Assembly: GCA_001643675.2 (NCBI GenBank)
Contig: LSRY02000058.1
Location: forward strand, 310,001 to 374,000
Origin: Monocercomonoides exilis PA203
Taxonomy: Eukaryota; Protista; Preaxostyla
Length of the DNA: 64,000 nucleotides
Direction: 5' to 3'
Numbering within the stretch: the stretch's first letter is position 1; every line of letters begins with the position of its first letter. Below, piece after piece: positions 1 to 11,501 of the stretch. Below the pieces are notes generated by a model that saw nothing but the letters and a program-made list of their open reading frames with translations, was not told where the DNA came from and ran no database searches. A program made the position numbers and the translations under genes.

Positions 1-2812
1 CCCTTCTTCTTTGCCATTTGGCTGCTTCAGTTCAACCACAAAGCTCTTCATCTGCTTTTCCACGGCCTTTCTGTCTGCCACCATCGCAGCTGCTGAATAT
101 ACACCGCCCAACAAATAGAACAGAAGCATCTTTTGAATTCCATTGGCAGCAGATGCCACAAATGACTTGTCGATCTCCATTCTATCTGATTCTTCCTCTT
201 CTTCTTCCACATCTTTTTCTTTAACTTTTTCTCCATTTTTCTCTTCTGTTTCTTCTTTCTCTTTGAATTTTGGATTATTCTTAGCTTCATTCTCGCTTCC
301 ATCATTCATAACTTGCAATCTGTTTGAATCTAAATTTGATTGATTGATGCAATCAAAACTGCTTTTCAGCTCTTTTTCATTCTCTCCATCGATTTTGTGT
401 GTTTCGCCTTTGGATTCCCAGACTACAAGTGAATTATCTTCCTTTTTGATTGAAAGAGGCGAAAGCTGATGTTCATTCAGTTTGCTATTGAATTGAGAAG
501 ATTCACTCGAAAGAGAAGAAGAAATAGAAGAAGAAGAAGTTGCTTCAAATGCATCCACTTGATTCTGTTTCAACGAACCCTTCTTATTTTTTCTATCATC
601 ATCACTCAAATCGCCATTCCCTTCATCACCCACCCCATCCTCAGCAAACGACGCATTGATCAAGCAGACAGCCAGCATCTTTGCTCTTTCTATCAAATGC
701 TCCTCCATCGACATCGTCAGCACAAACACATAATCTGACAACACACCTGGATGAACCATCCCTCCATTCACTGGCTTCACAATCTGATCAGATTGGTTCA
801 ATTTATTTGCAATTTTTTTGGATTCATTTCTGTTTGACTGGCTTTTTTGAATGAAAAAATCTTTTTTCTCGACAGCTGCACGGGATGTGCGAAGAGAATC
901 GAGGAATTTGCCTTCGAAAAAGAGATGGAGAGAATAATTGCTGAGGACGAATGAAGAGCACTTCTTGATCTCTCTTTCAGACAGAAAAGAAAGAGAACTA
1001 AGAGAAGAAAGAGAAGAAAAAGAAGAAAAAGATGAAAGAGAAGAAGGAGAAGAAGGAGAATTCGATAAGTTCTGTGAAATGTTGGAAGGGACAGGCAAAC
1101 GAGAAGGAGAAGAAAACATTGTCTGTTTGATAGGAGAAGAATAAGGAGAAGAAGCAGAAGCAGAAGGAGAAGTGGAAGAAGGGAAAACACTCAATGGAGA
1201 AGACAAAGAAGAAGAAGGAGAGGATGAAGAAGGAGAAGGAGAAGGAGAAGAGGAAGAAGTTGACATCTGCCTTGGAGGAGAAGCAGGTTGAGGTTGGATT
1301 GTTCGCATAGGAATGAGTATTTGAGGTGTTTGAGAAGCAAAAGTGAAAGGAAGATAAGAAGCATTCTGTGTTGATGAGACAGAAGAAGAAGGAGAAGAGG
1401 GAGAAGGAGAAAATGAGGAAGGAGAAGAAGAAGGAGGAGAAGGAGAAGAAGAAAATGATGAAGGAGATGTCGAATGAATATAAAAATTCTGCATCTGTTG
1501 AACAGACTGTGATTGAAAAGGGAACATTTGTGGTTGAAATGGCAGCTGCATCATTTTGAGTCCCTGAGGAAGATAAACAGAGGAGCCAGACTGAGTGAAA
1601 AGAGGAAGAGAAGAAGAAGAAGAAGAAGAAGAAGAAGAAGAAGAAGAGGAGGAGGAGGAGGAAGAAGAAGAATTTGGCAGTTGTTGTTGTTGTTGTGATT
1701 GTTGAGGGAAAGGGACGTTTGGAAGAAAAGATTGGAGTTTGGAGTAATTTTGCTGGAAAGTGGAAGAAGATGAAGGCGAGGAAGGAGAAGAAGAAGGAGA
1801 AGAAGAAGAGGAGGAGGAAGTTTGAGTTGGCTGGTTTGCTTTGAGTGGAAACAGCTGAGAAGATATATCAGTTGAAGGTGAAGAAGAAGATGATGATGAA
1901 GCAAAAGGTTGTTGGCTATTTGGATTGAATGATGAAATGCTGTTCATTGATTTGTTTGGACTAATACATGAAGTTGAAGATGATGAAGAAGAAGGAGGAG
2001 AAGAAGAAGAAAAACCCGTTCCGTTCATTCCCATCATTTGCGCTGTTTGATTGTGCTGTTGAGGAGTGGGATTGCTTAACGAGTTATTTGGATTCATATT
2101 TTGAGGCATTTGATGAGAAAGAGAAGAAGAAAGAGAAGAAGAAGAGGAGGAGGAGGAGGAAGAAGAGGAAGGCGGAGCATATGAAGATGTTGATGAAGAT
2201 GTTGCATAGTTCATTTGCTGCATCATCTGCTGTGGTGCTGCTGGTTGAGCAATTGAATTGAAAGCAATTCCATTTGGATTGAAACTGAAAGGAGGATTCA
2301 TAAACGACGAAGTTGCTGATGAAGCAAATGAACTTTGCATCATCTTCATTGGAGCATCAACATTTGTTGGCTGTTGTGTTGATGAGAAAGGAGGATAAAA
2401 GCGATTCTGCATCATCCCAACATCTAATGCTCCACCTCCTCCACTACCACCACCTCCTCCTCCACCTCCACCACCACCTCCTCCTCTTAATCTTCCTCCT
2501 TCTCCTTCATTCCTCCCATCAAATGCACCTTCCTTCTTCTTCTCCCCTTCTTCCTTCTCCTTTTCTTTTCCCCTCTCCTTCTCCCTTTCATTCTTCTCTT
2601 TCTCCTTCTCCTTCTCTCTCTTCCTCCTCTCATACAACTCCACCCCTTCCACTCTATGCACATCAAACGTTCCTTTCTGCAGCATCTCCTCCAATCCACT
2701 CGCAATCGCCCTGTTTTTCCTCGCCAGCAGTCGATCTGACTGCACATCATCTGCAATGGCATCTGGCATTCTGATGGAGGATGAAATTGGAGAAATGGAA
2801 GAAGAGGAGGAA

Positions 2813-2844
<32 letters not shown>

Positions 2845-4101
2845 AGAAACAGAAGCAATAGAAGATGTGTTTCTGCTGTTGTTGAATGGTCTTTGTTTGT
2901 ATTGTTCTTCACTCATGCCCTGTTGTTGATATTGTTGTTGTTGTTGTTGGCTTTGCAATTGTTGTTGAGTGGTTTGATTATTCTGTTTGTTTATGTTGCT
3001 CATATTGTTCATATTGTTCATGTTATTCATATTGTTCATGTTATTCATGCTATTCATGTTATTCTGTGTATTCTGATTGCTCTGCTGCTGTTGTTGTTGA
3101 CCCAGAAGAAGCTGACAGGCGCAGCTGTCGTCCAACTCACGCAACTTCCTCTGCATCTGCCTCACTTTCGCTGAAGAGCATTCAGATGAACGAGAAAGTG
3201 ACTGAGAAAGCTGATTGAACTGTGGAGTGTGTTTCTGTTGCATTGTAAGTTGGACAATCAGATTAGAGGAGGAAGAAGGAGAAGGAGAAGGAGAAGAGCA
3301 GTTACTTCCTGAATATTCAGTGTATTCAGCTGGGAATAAATTGGAATTGGTTTGTGGTTTAGGCATTATTTCTGGTTGATTCTGTGAAGAAGAAGAAGAA
3401 GAAGAAGTTGATGATGATGATGACAATGATGGAGACAAATGTTGCATATTCATAGACAAAGGCGCAGACAAAGGCACAGCCATCGAAAGCTGAGCGCTTC
3501 TTGCGAGAAACTTGGAGTGGCGAGGAAGAGGCATGCGCTTTTTAACCAGAGAAATTGAAGGATAAAGCAAAAAGTGGGTCAGAAGGGAAGAAGCAGGCGA
3601 AGAATAGCAGAAAACAAGAGGGTTGTGTGTGGTGGTGATGGGGTGATTTGAGCGAAGAGGAGAAATAGAGCGAACTTGAGGATAAAGAACGGGTTGGTTG
3701 GGAGGAAGAGATTTGTAGAGAGAAGAAGGAGAAAGAGAAGAAGAAGAAGAAGGAGAAGAAGAAGATGATGATGTTGATGATGACGATGAAGTGTTCCAAT
3801 CCAAAGAAGAAGAGGAAGAGGAAGAGGAAGAAGAAGATGTTTGTGGCGAAATGGGTAAGGTAATGTTGTGATGTGCTGTGTGTGTGTTTTTGAATGACGA
3901 GGAGATGACAACAGGAGAAAGCTGTGAAGAGAATGAAGGCAGAGTGAATGAGGAAGACTGAAGAGGCTGAATCTGTTGCTGTTGCTGTTGTTGTTGCTGC
4001 TGTTGCTGTTGTTGCCAAGATGAGAAGAGCTGAGGAGATGGCTGGGATATGTTTGGGGTGGCAAGAAGATCAATTGAAGAAGAAGAAGAATAGGAGGAGG
4101 G

Positions 4102-4137
<36 letters not shown>

Positions 4138-5337
4138 AGATGACATGAAAAGAGAAGGGGAGTTGAGTGAATTGGTTATGTTGTAAGAAGGCGACGGGCG
4201 AGGGAAAAGAGGAGATTGTTGGTTCTGCCCGAAATGTGAGTGAATGTTGCTCCGATAAATCGGAGGAGAAGAAGATAAAGCAGCCATTGAGGTGATTGAA
4301 ATAGAGGAGCTTGCTGGGAGTGCTGTGGAGTTGCAATTGCCAGTGAGGGGAGGAGACGATGCAAAGAAATACGAATGAGCCGAAGTGTGTGAATTTGTTG
4401 TTGGACTCATTGAAGAAGAGTTTGGCTGGGCAATCTGGGAATTTATAAGCATTGATGTTCTGGGCTCTGGCAAAAGAGAAGTTGAAGGTACATTTGAGGT
4501 TCTGTCAGTTATTTCCTCAATAATGTCCAATTTAGATTCAATGTCATTGTCTTCGTCAACTGATAGATCGTCTGACTTTATCGCTGGTATTGTGATGTCG
4601 CTTGAAGGAGATGCAGGTGATGATATATTTGATATTTGTTTTTCTTCATCCATTTGCTTGGTATCTGCACAGATTTGCTCCAAATGATTTGATTGTAATT
4701 GTTGTTCAGAGTTATTCTGCCTAACAGGTTGTTTTGATTCACACTGTTCAATTGTAAAATTTGAACACGTTTTATTCTTTGAATCGTTCTTTTCACCTGA
4801 ATCATAAAATTGAGAATGTATTTTCTGTTGTAATTCATGAAGGCAAGTAGATTGTTTGCATATGGCTATGTACGTATCAATAAATTGCTAAATTCAATTG
4901 TTATAATTAAATCAATCTCTAAAATTTTCTTCTTTAAAAAAAGTTCACACAATTAATCGAGATGATGAGAATGAAGGAATCAATTTCCGTGAAAATGAAA
5001 GAAATTCTTCTGCCTATAATAAATATGAATGTCTCAAAAGATATTTTTGCGAATTTTAATGATTTCAAACCAAGTGAGAATTTCCTCTTCTGAGTTCAAG
5101 TAATCCAATAAGAAATGAAGGCTTCCAGTAAAATGGAAGCGCCATCATAATAGACTTCAAACTCTACAATAAATGAAAATTAAATCTCGATGAATCCAGA
5201 GAAATAATTTGTTAATTACAAACATTAATTGCAATCTCAATATCTTCATCTTGAGTAAGATTTGATATTTCTGGAAATTGTCCTAGAGAAAATGACTGGC
5301 AGATGTCATTGTTAAGTTTATTGGGGCATTTGTTCAT
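1..5337 (-). CDS. Large Ser-rich/low-complexity hypothetical protein (>1,700 aa, 3' end outside window), possible single TPR-like helical motif at N-terminus
   Basis: Model: ATG at 5337; exons 5337-5224, 5163-5071, 5013-4951, 4887-<1; GT..TAG introns of 60, 57 and 63 nt. Spliced N-terminus reads MNKCPNKLNNDICQSFSLGQFPEISNLTQDEDIEIAIN|SLKSIMMALPFYWKPSFLIGLLELRRGNSHL|AEEFLSFSRKLIPSFSSSRLI|QFIDTYIAICKQ. The last exon frame was open at every spot-check (~4800-4250, 3480-3580, 2640-2790, 660-740, 1-190) and gives protein-like segments (SDYVFVLTMSMEEHLIERAKMLAVCL; GIQKMLLFYLLGGVYSAAAMVADRKAVEKQMKSFVVEL). It is probably missing from the ORF track because no stop codon lies in the window. Confidence 0.75.
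2990..3075. repeat. Coding 9-bp tandem repeat (CATATTGTT/CATGTTATT units, (NNM)n on minus strand)
   Basis: catattgttcatattgttcatgttattcatattgttcatgttattcatgctattcatgttatt visible in the sequence. Confidence 0.85.
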
Positions 5338-5390
5338 AAAAAAGGAATATAAAAATAATGATCATAACCCTTATATTCTTTCAGACAAAT

Positions 5391-5427
5391 TCTTTCAAAA
5401 AGTTAACCGTTAACCTTTTTTGAAAGA
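5391..5427. repeat. Near-perfect 37-bp palindrome about 55 bp upstream of the ATG at 5337
   Basis: TCTTTCAAAAAGTTAAC-C-GTTAACCTTTTTTGAAAGA. Confidence 0.6.
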
Positions 5428-6095
5428 TATCATAAAAATTTTTAAAAGAAAGCAAATGAGAATCGATTATAAAAGAGGAAATCTTTGCAAAATGGATGAC
5501 ATAAAAAAATCTTTAAAATATCAAATTAAAAAACACTTTAGGAATTGAAAACAAGGAAAAAAAACTGACAAATAAATCTTCAAAGAAATCTCGACAATGA
5601 ATAATTATAAACTTCATTTCTTCGGATTTCATGAACGAGAACAACACAAAAATTAAATTGCAACTGCAAAAGCATATCATTTGTAAGAAAATAATAATCC
5701 AAAATTGAATAATGAGAACAAGGAATATTAAGATTAAAATGAAAAAAGGAAAAAAGAATTCACCAAGCGCAAGACACGAATGAATCAAAAATTCAATTTG
5801 TCATATTTTCAAAAAATGTATTTAAAAAAAGAAAGAAAGAAAAAAAGAAGAAAAGAAGCAAAATTACCAATTTTCTCTTTGCAAATAAATAAATTAAATT
5901 CATTTATAAAAAAAAAAAAATAATTAAAAATAAATAAAATAAACAGTCTGCATTAGAATTAATAAATAATGAAATAAATTGTAATGCATATATTTCATTC
6001 CAACATAATTGTAATTTCTTTAAATAAAATAAATAAATAATTAAATTTAAAAGAAATAAAAAAAAATAATTATTATTTTTCATCAAGACCGCCCA

Positions 6096-8759
6096 TTATT
6101 CCAGTCTTGGAGAAGTGCCCATATTCTCCGCGGGGGGCGAAAGAGGGAATTTTTCCGGCGCAAACACCTGCGGGAAACCAGGTGGCGATGGCGGAGGAGG
6201 CGGAGAAGAGCAAAATGAATGAGAAGGAGAGGAAGAATGTGGAGGAGAGGAAGGAGAAGAAGAATTTAATGAAGAAGAAGATGATGATGATAAAGAAGAA
6301 GATGATGGAATTAATAAAGAAGGAGGAGGAGAAGGACAAGAAGAAGAAGAAGAAGCAATAGAAGCGATAGAAGCGATAGAAGAAGAATGATTATGAGAAG
6401 GATGAATAGAAGAAGAGAGAGGGAGAGGAAGAGGGAGAGGAAGAGAAAGAGGGAAAGAAGTGAATGAAGAAAGAGAATAAGTTGGCAGTTGAGTGGAAGA
6501 AGCAGAAAGGAAAGAGGAAAGAGAAAGAGAAAGAGATTGAGAAGAAGAAGAAGAAGAAAGAGAAGAAGAAAGGGAGGAAGAAGAAGAGGAGGAAGAAGAA
6601 GAGGAAGAAGAAGAAGATTCAAGAGAAGGAGAAGAATCCAAATCAGAGGATGAAGAAGGAGTAAATTTTGAATGAACAACAATATCTTTAGCAATGGCAG
6701 TAGAAGAAGAAGAATGAAGAAGAGGAGGAAGAGGATGAGGAGGAGGAGGAGGAGGAGAAGAAGAGGAGGAAGGCATTAAAGATGATAAGTTAGATGATGA
6801 TGACGATGATTCAATAGAGGAAGAGGAAGAGGAAGAGGAAGAAGAAGAAGAAGAAATATCAGCAATAGAAGAAGAAGAAGAAGAAGAAGAAGAAGGGGTA
6901 GAAGAAGAAGCATTAGAAGTATTAGTAATAGTTGAATGCCAGCTCGTGATTGAAAGAGGAGAAGAAGAGGAAAAAGAAGCAGAAGTGGTTGTGAGTGAAT
7001 GGAGATGAGAATGAGAAGAAGAATGAGAAGAAGAATGAGAAATATAAGCAGAAGAAGAAGAAGAAGAAGAAGAAGAAGAAGAGGGAGAGGGAGAAGAAGA
7101 AGAAGGAGAAAGAGAAGAAGAAATGGTGTCTGAAAGAGAAATAGAATGAGAGTGAGAAGAAGAACGAGAAATTGAATGAGAAGAAGATTTTGGTATGTTT
7201 GAGATGACAGTAGAGTTAGAAGAAGGCAGAGAAGAGGCATTTGAAGATGATATTTTGGAAGATAATTCGATAGAAGAATCAGAAGATAAATCAGCAGTAG
7301 TAGAAGAGGAGGAAGAGGAAGAAGAGGAAGAAGTTGAAGAAGAAGAGGAGGAAGAAGAGGAAGAGGAAGATGAAGAAGAAGAAGGAAGAGGGGGAGGAGA
7401 GAAAGAAAGAGGAGGAGTGGATGTTTGTGAAGGAGCATAGAGAAGGGATGATAGCGTAGTGGTTGTGGCAGAGGAGGAAGAGGCAGAGGGGGGAGGGAAG
7501 GTGGTGCGCGAAGGTTCGAGACTTGACTGGGCCGACTGAGTGGAGAAATCGACGGAAGAAGAAGACATTGAAGAAGAAGGAGATGATGATGATGAAAGAG
7601 AAGAAGAAGAAAGAGAGGAAACATCGAATGCAGAAAGAGAAGGGAAATGGTGTGGTTGTATTGTTATTGGTGTTGAAGAAGAAGAAGAAGAGATTGAAGA
7701 GGAAGAGGAAGAAGGAAATAAAGAAGAAGAAGAAGAAGAAGAAGAAGAAGATAAAGAAGAGGATGATGATGAAGGAACAGAAATATTCTGTGATATTCCA
7801 GAAGTGATAGCAGCACTTGTGTCAGGAGGAGCATCCAAATGAGCAATGAAGAGAGAGTTATCGAGTGAATAGCCAACATCTGCATCATCATCATCTTTAT
7901 CATCTTTGTTATCATCTTTGTTATCATTATCAACAGTAATATTGTTGTGTTCATTGTGTGTATTGGATGAAGGAATGGAAGGAGAGGAAGAGGGAGAAGG
8001 AGAAAGATAATGATGATGAGGAGGAGAATGAGGAGAATGAGGAGAATGAGGAGAATGAGGAGAAGGATGAGAAGGATGTGAAGGATGTGAAGGATGATGA
8101 TGGAGATGATGAGTATTGTTGTGATGATGATGATGATGATGATGAGAATGTTTTCTTTTAGATGTTGTATTGAGTGAATGTGAAGAGGAAGAAGAGGAAG
8201 AATGAGAAGAAGAAGCAGATGATGATGAAAAAGAAGAAGAAGAGGAAGAGGAAGAATGAGAAGAAGAAGAGGAGGAGGAGGAAGCAGAAGGAGAAAGGGA
8301 GTGCAATTGAGGAGGCGTTGTATTGTTTCCAATAGGAGGAGAAAGAATACGAAGAGAAGTATTTTCTACCCTTTCCTTTTCTCTTTCACAAAATTCATCT
8401 TTTTTAATATCTGATTCTATTTTGATGTTGTTTTTATTGTTGATTTTGTTATTATTATTATTATTATTATCTTCTTCTTCTTCTTCTTCTTCTCTTTCCT
8501 CTTTTCCATCTTCTTTTTCTTCTTTTTCTTCTTTTTCTTCTTTTCCATCTTCTTTTTCTTTCTTTTCTTCTTCACTTCCCCCTCTTCTTTCTCTCTTCTT
8601 CTTCTTCTTCTCTTTCTCTTTCTCCTTTTCTTTCCCTCTCTCTCCATATGGAATATTCAATCTTTTCTTCTTCTCAACACATTTCATGCGATTTTCATTG
8701 CTTCTTCTATCAACTTTGTTGTTATAATCAATTTTATTTGTTTTGCTTGAAGATGAAAT

Positions 8760-8792
<33 letters not shown>

Positions 8793-9072
8793 AGAAGAAT
8801 TAAAAGAGGAAGAAGAGGAAGAAGAAGAAGAAGATGATGATGATGACGACGAAGACGACGATGAAGGATGAGGAGGTGTAACAGAAGAAGAAAGAGGAGA
8901 AGCAGAAAGAGAAGAAGAAGAAGGAGAAGGAGAAAGGGAAGGAGAAGGAGAAGGAGAAGGAGAAGGAGAAGAAGGAGAAGAATATTCAGAATTTAGAGAA
9001 AGAGAGCGAGGGGAAAGGGAAGAAAGAGAAGAATCAGAAGAGAAGGAGAAGAAAGATAATTGAGAAGAAGAA

Positions 9073-9104
<32 letters not shown>

Positions 9105-11469
9105 AGAGGAAGAGGAAGAGGAGGAGGAGGAAGAAGAAGAAGAAGTTGAGGATAAAGGAGGAGGAGGAGAAGAAGAAGAAGCAGGAGATAAAGCTGATGA
9201 ACTTGCAAGGGATGAGTTATAACCAGAAGGGAAGGAGAAAGAGGAAGAAGAAGAAGAAGAAGAAGGAAGAGGAGGAGGAGGAATAGAGGAAGAAGGAAAA
9301 GAAGAAGATGAAGAAGAGTGATAAGAAGAAGAATGAATAGAAGAAGAAGAGAATGAAGAAGAAGGAAGAATGTTATGTTCTGAGTATTTCTGCCGGAGAA
9401 ATAGAAGCTGCTGATTGTATTTCTCCGAAAGAGAAGGTTCTAACGAGCTTATTTTGGCACCTGTGGAAGATGATGATTGGTTAAATGGATTAATAGAAGG
9501 GCAAGAGAAGGAAGCAGAAGCAGAAGCAAAAGGAGAAGGAGAAGAGGAAGAAGAAGAAGAAGAAGAAGGAAAGGAAGAGGAGGAAGAAGAATTTGAAGAA
9601 GAATATAAATTAGAAGAAGAAGAAAGAGGTAAATTTAATGTTTGATGATGTTTTTGAAGAAGAAGAAGGTTATTTTGAGGAGAAAATTGTTTGGCGAAAG
9701 AGAAAGAAGAAGAAGGAGAAGGAACAAGCATATCAGATGAAGAGAGAGGGAGAGAAGGAGGAAGAGAAGGAGGAAGAGAAGAGGAAGAAAGAGAATGAGA
9801 AGAAAGAGAATGGCGAGAAGGATGAGATGGAAGAGGGAGAGGGAGAGGAAGAGGAGGACGAGAATGGGAAAGAGAAGAAGAAGAAGAGGGAGAAAGAGAA
9901 GAAGAAGATGATGATGATGATGAAGATAAAGAAGAAGAGGAAGAGGAAGAAAGAGAAAGAGGAAGAGAAGAAGAAAGTGAAGAAGGAGAATTAAAAGTAG
10001 AAGAAGAAAGGGAAGAAGAAGAAAGAGAAGGAAGAGGAGTAGGAGAAAGAAGATGGATAGAAGCAGAGACGAAAGAAGGAGAAGGATGACAGAAAGGAGT
10101 GGAAGCAGAGGCAGAAGCAGAAGAGAGAGGGAAAGAAGAAGAAGAAGAAGAAGAAGAAAGAGAATGAGAAGAAGGAGAAGAAGATAGAGAAGAGGAAGAG
10201 GAAGGGAAGGAAGAAGAAGAAAGAGAAGAAGAAAGAGAATGAGAAGAAGAAGAAAGAGAATGAGAAGAAGAAGAATGACGAGATGGATGAGAAGGAAGAG
10301 GGAGAGGGCGAGGGAGAGGAGGACGAAGATGAGAAAGAGAAGGAGAGGAAGGAAGAGAAGAAGGAGAAAGAGAAGGAGAAAGAGAAGAAGAAGATGATGA
10401 TGAAGATAAAGAAGAAGAAGAAGAGGAAGAAAGAGGAAGAGGAAGAGAAGAAGAAAGAGAAGAAGATATTTGTTTTTTCAGTTGAACATTCATCAAATTC
10501 TTCAAAGATATTTTATTTTCTATTTTTTTTTCTTCTCTTTCTTCTTTTCTTTCTCTTTCTCCTCCTCCTCTTTCTCCTTCTTCTTTTGTCTTCTTCTCCT
10601 TTATCTGCATCAGTTCTTTCAATGATGGAATTCTACGCCTTGTAGAAGAAAAAGAAGAAAAAGAAGAAGAAGAAGAAAGAGAAGAAGAAGAAAGAGGAAG
10701 AGGAGGAGGCGGGCGTTGCGGGCGAAGCAACGCAAGGAGCATGTTATCCAACCGAATTACGAAATTCTTCGGCATTTGACTGCGAAGGGCGTTGAGAGAA
10801 GGGAAAAGAGGGAGAAGAAGAGAAAAGACGAAGTTTTTGACATCAGAAGAAGAATAGTCGGCTATGTGCTGGGCGACGTAGTTTCCGAAGGGGTGGGAGA
10901 GGAGGAGGAGGAGAGGAGAGGAGGAGAGGAGTGGGAGGAGGGGAGGAGGGAAAGAAGAGGAAGAGGAAGAGGAGGAAGAGGAGTAGGAAGAAGAAGAAGA
11001 GGAAGAGGAAGAGGAAGAAGAAGGGACGTAATCACGTGCTATTTGCTGAAGCAAAGAAGGGTTTACCATCAGAATCTCAAAAACAACAGCGTTTTTGTCA
11101 GAAGAAGAACAGTACTGGATCAGCTTCTCCACAACATTCGAAGCAAACTTGTGGAAAGAGAAAGAGAAAAAATGAGTCTTCAACGAAACAACGATTTTTG
11201 TTCTCATTTCTTCATCTCCATACGCTATAAGATGCTGCATAACATAATTTCCGCTTTGACTTTGAGCCATTTCCACAAAATTTGACTGAAAAACGCGAAA
11301 AATCTGGTTTTTTGCGGGGAAAGAAGAGTTTTCTATTAACCTCTGCAATACTCGGCATCCGTAGATGTGACGGGCGATGTCAAAAATATGTGGGGAAGAA
11401 AGCAAGTTATTCAGGATGAGCTGAAGGAGGAGGAGAGGAGGAGGAGAAAGAGAAGGAGAAGAGGAAGAG

Positions 11470-11501
<32 letters not shown>

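Noticed and set aside
18-4838. About 25 short ORFs on both strands
   Set aside because: Shadows of the single long minus-strand exon 4887-<1.
5340-6095. Autoregulatory Pumilio element in the PUF gene's own 3' region
   Set aside because: No TGTANATA found on the minus (sense) strand by eye.
6073-6210. GC-rich end of the PUF gene with a plausible alternative-frame peptide (ATWFPAGVCAGKIPSFAPRGEYGHF)
   Set aside because: No splice site or slippery signal supports use of that frame; the main frame ends normally at 6096.
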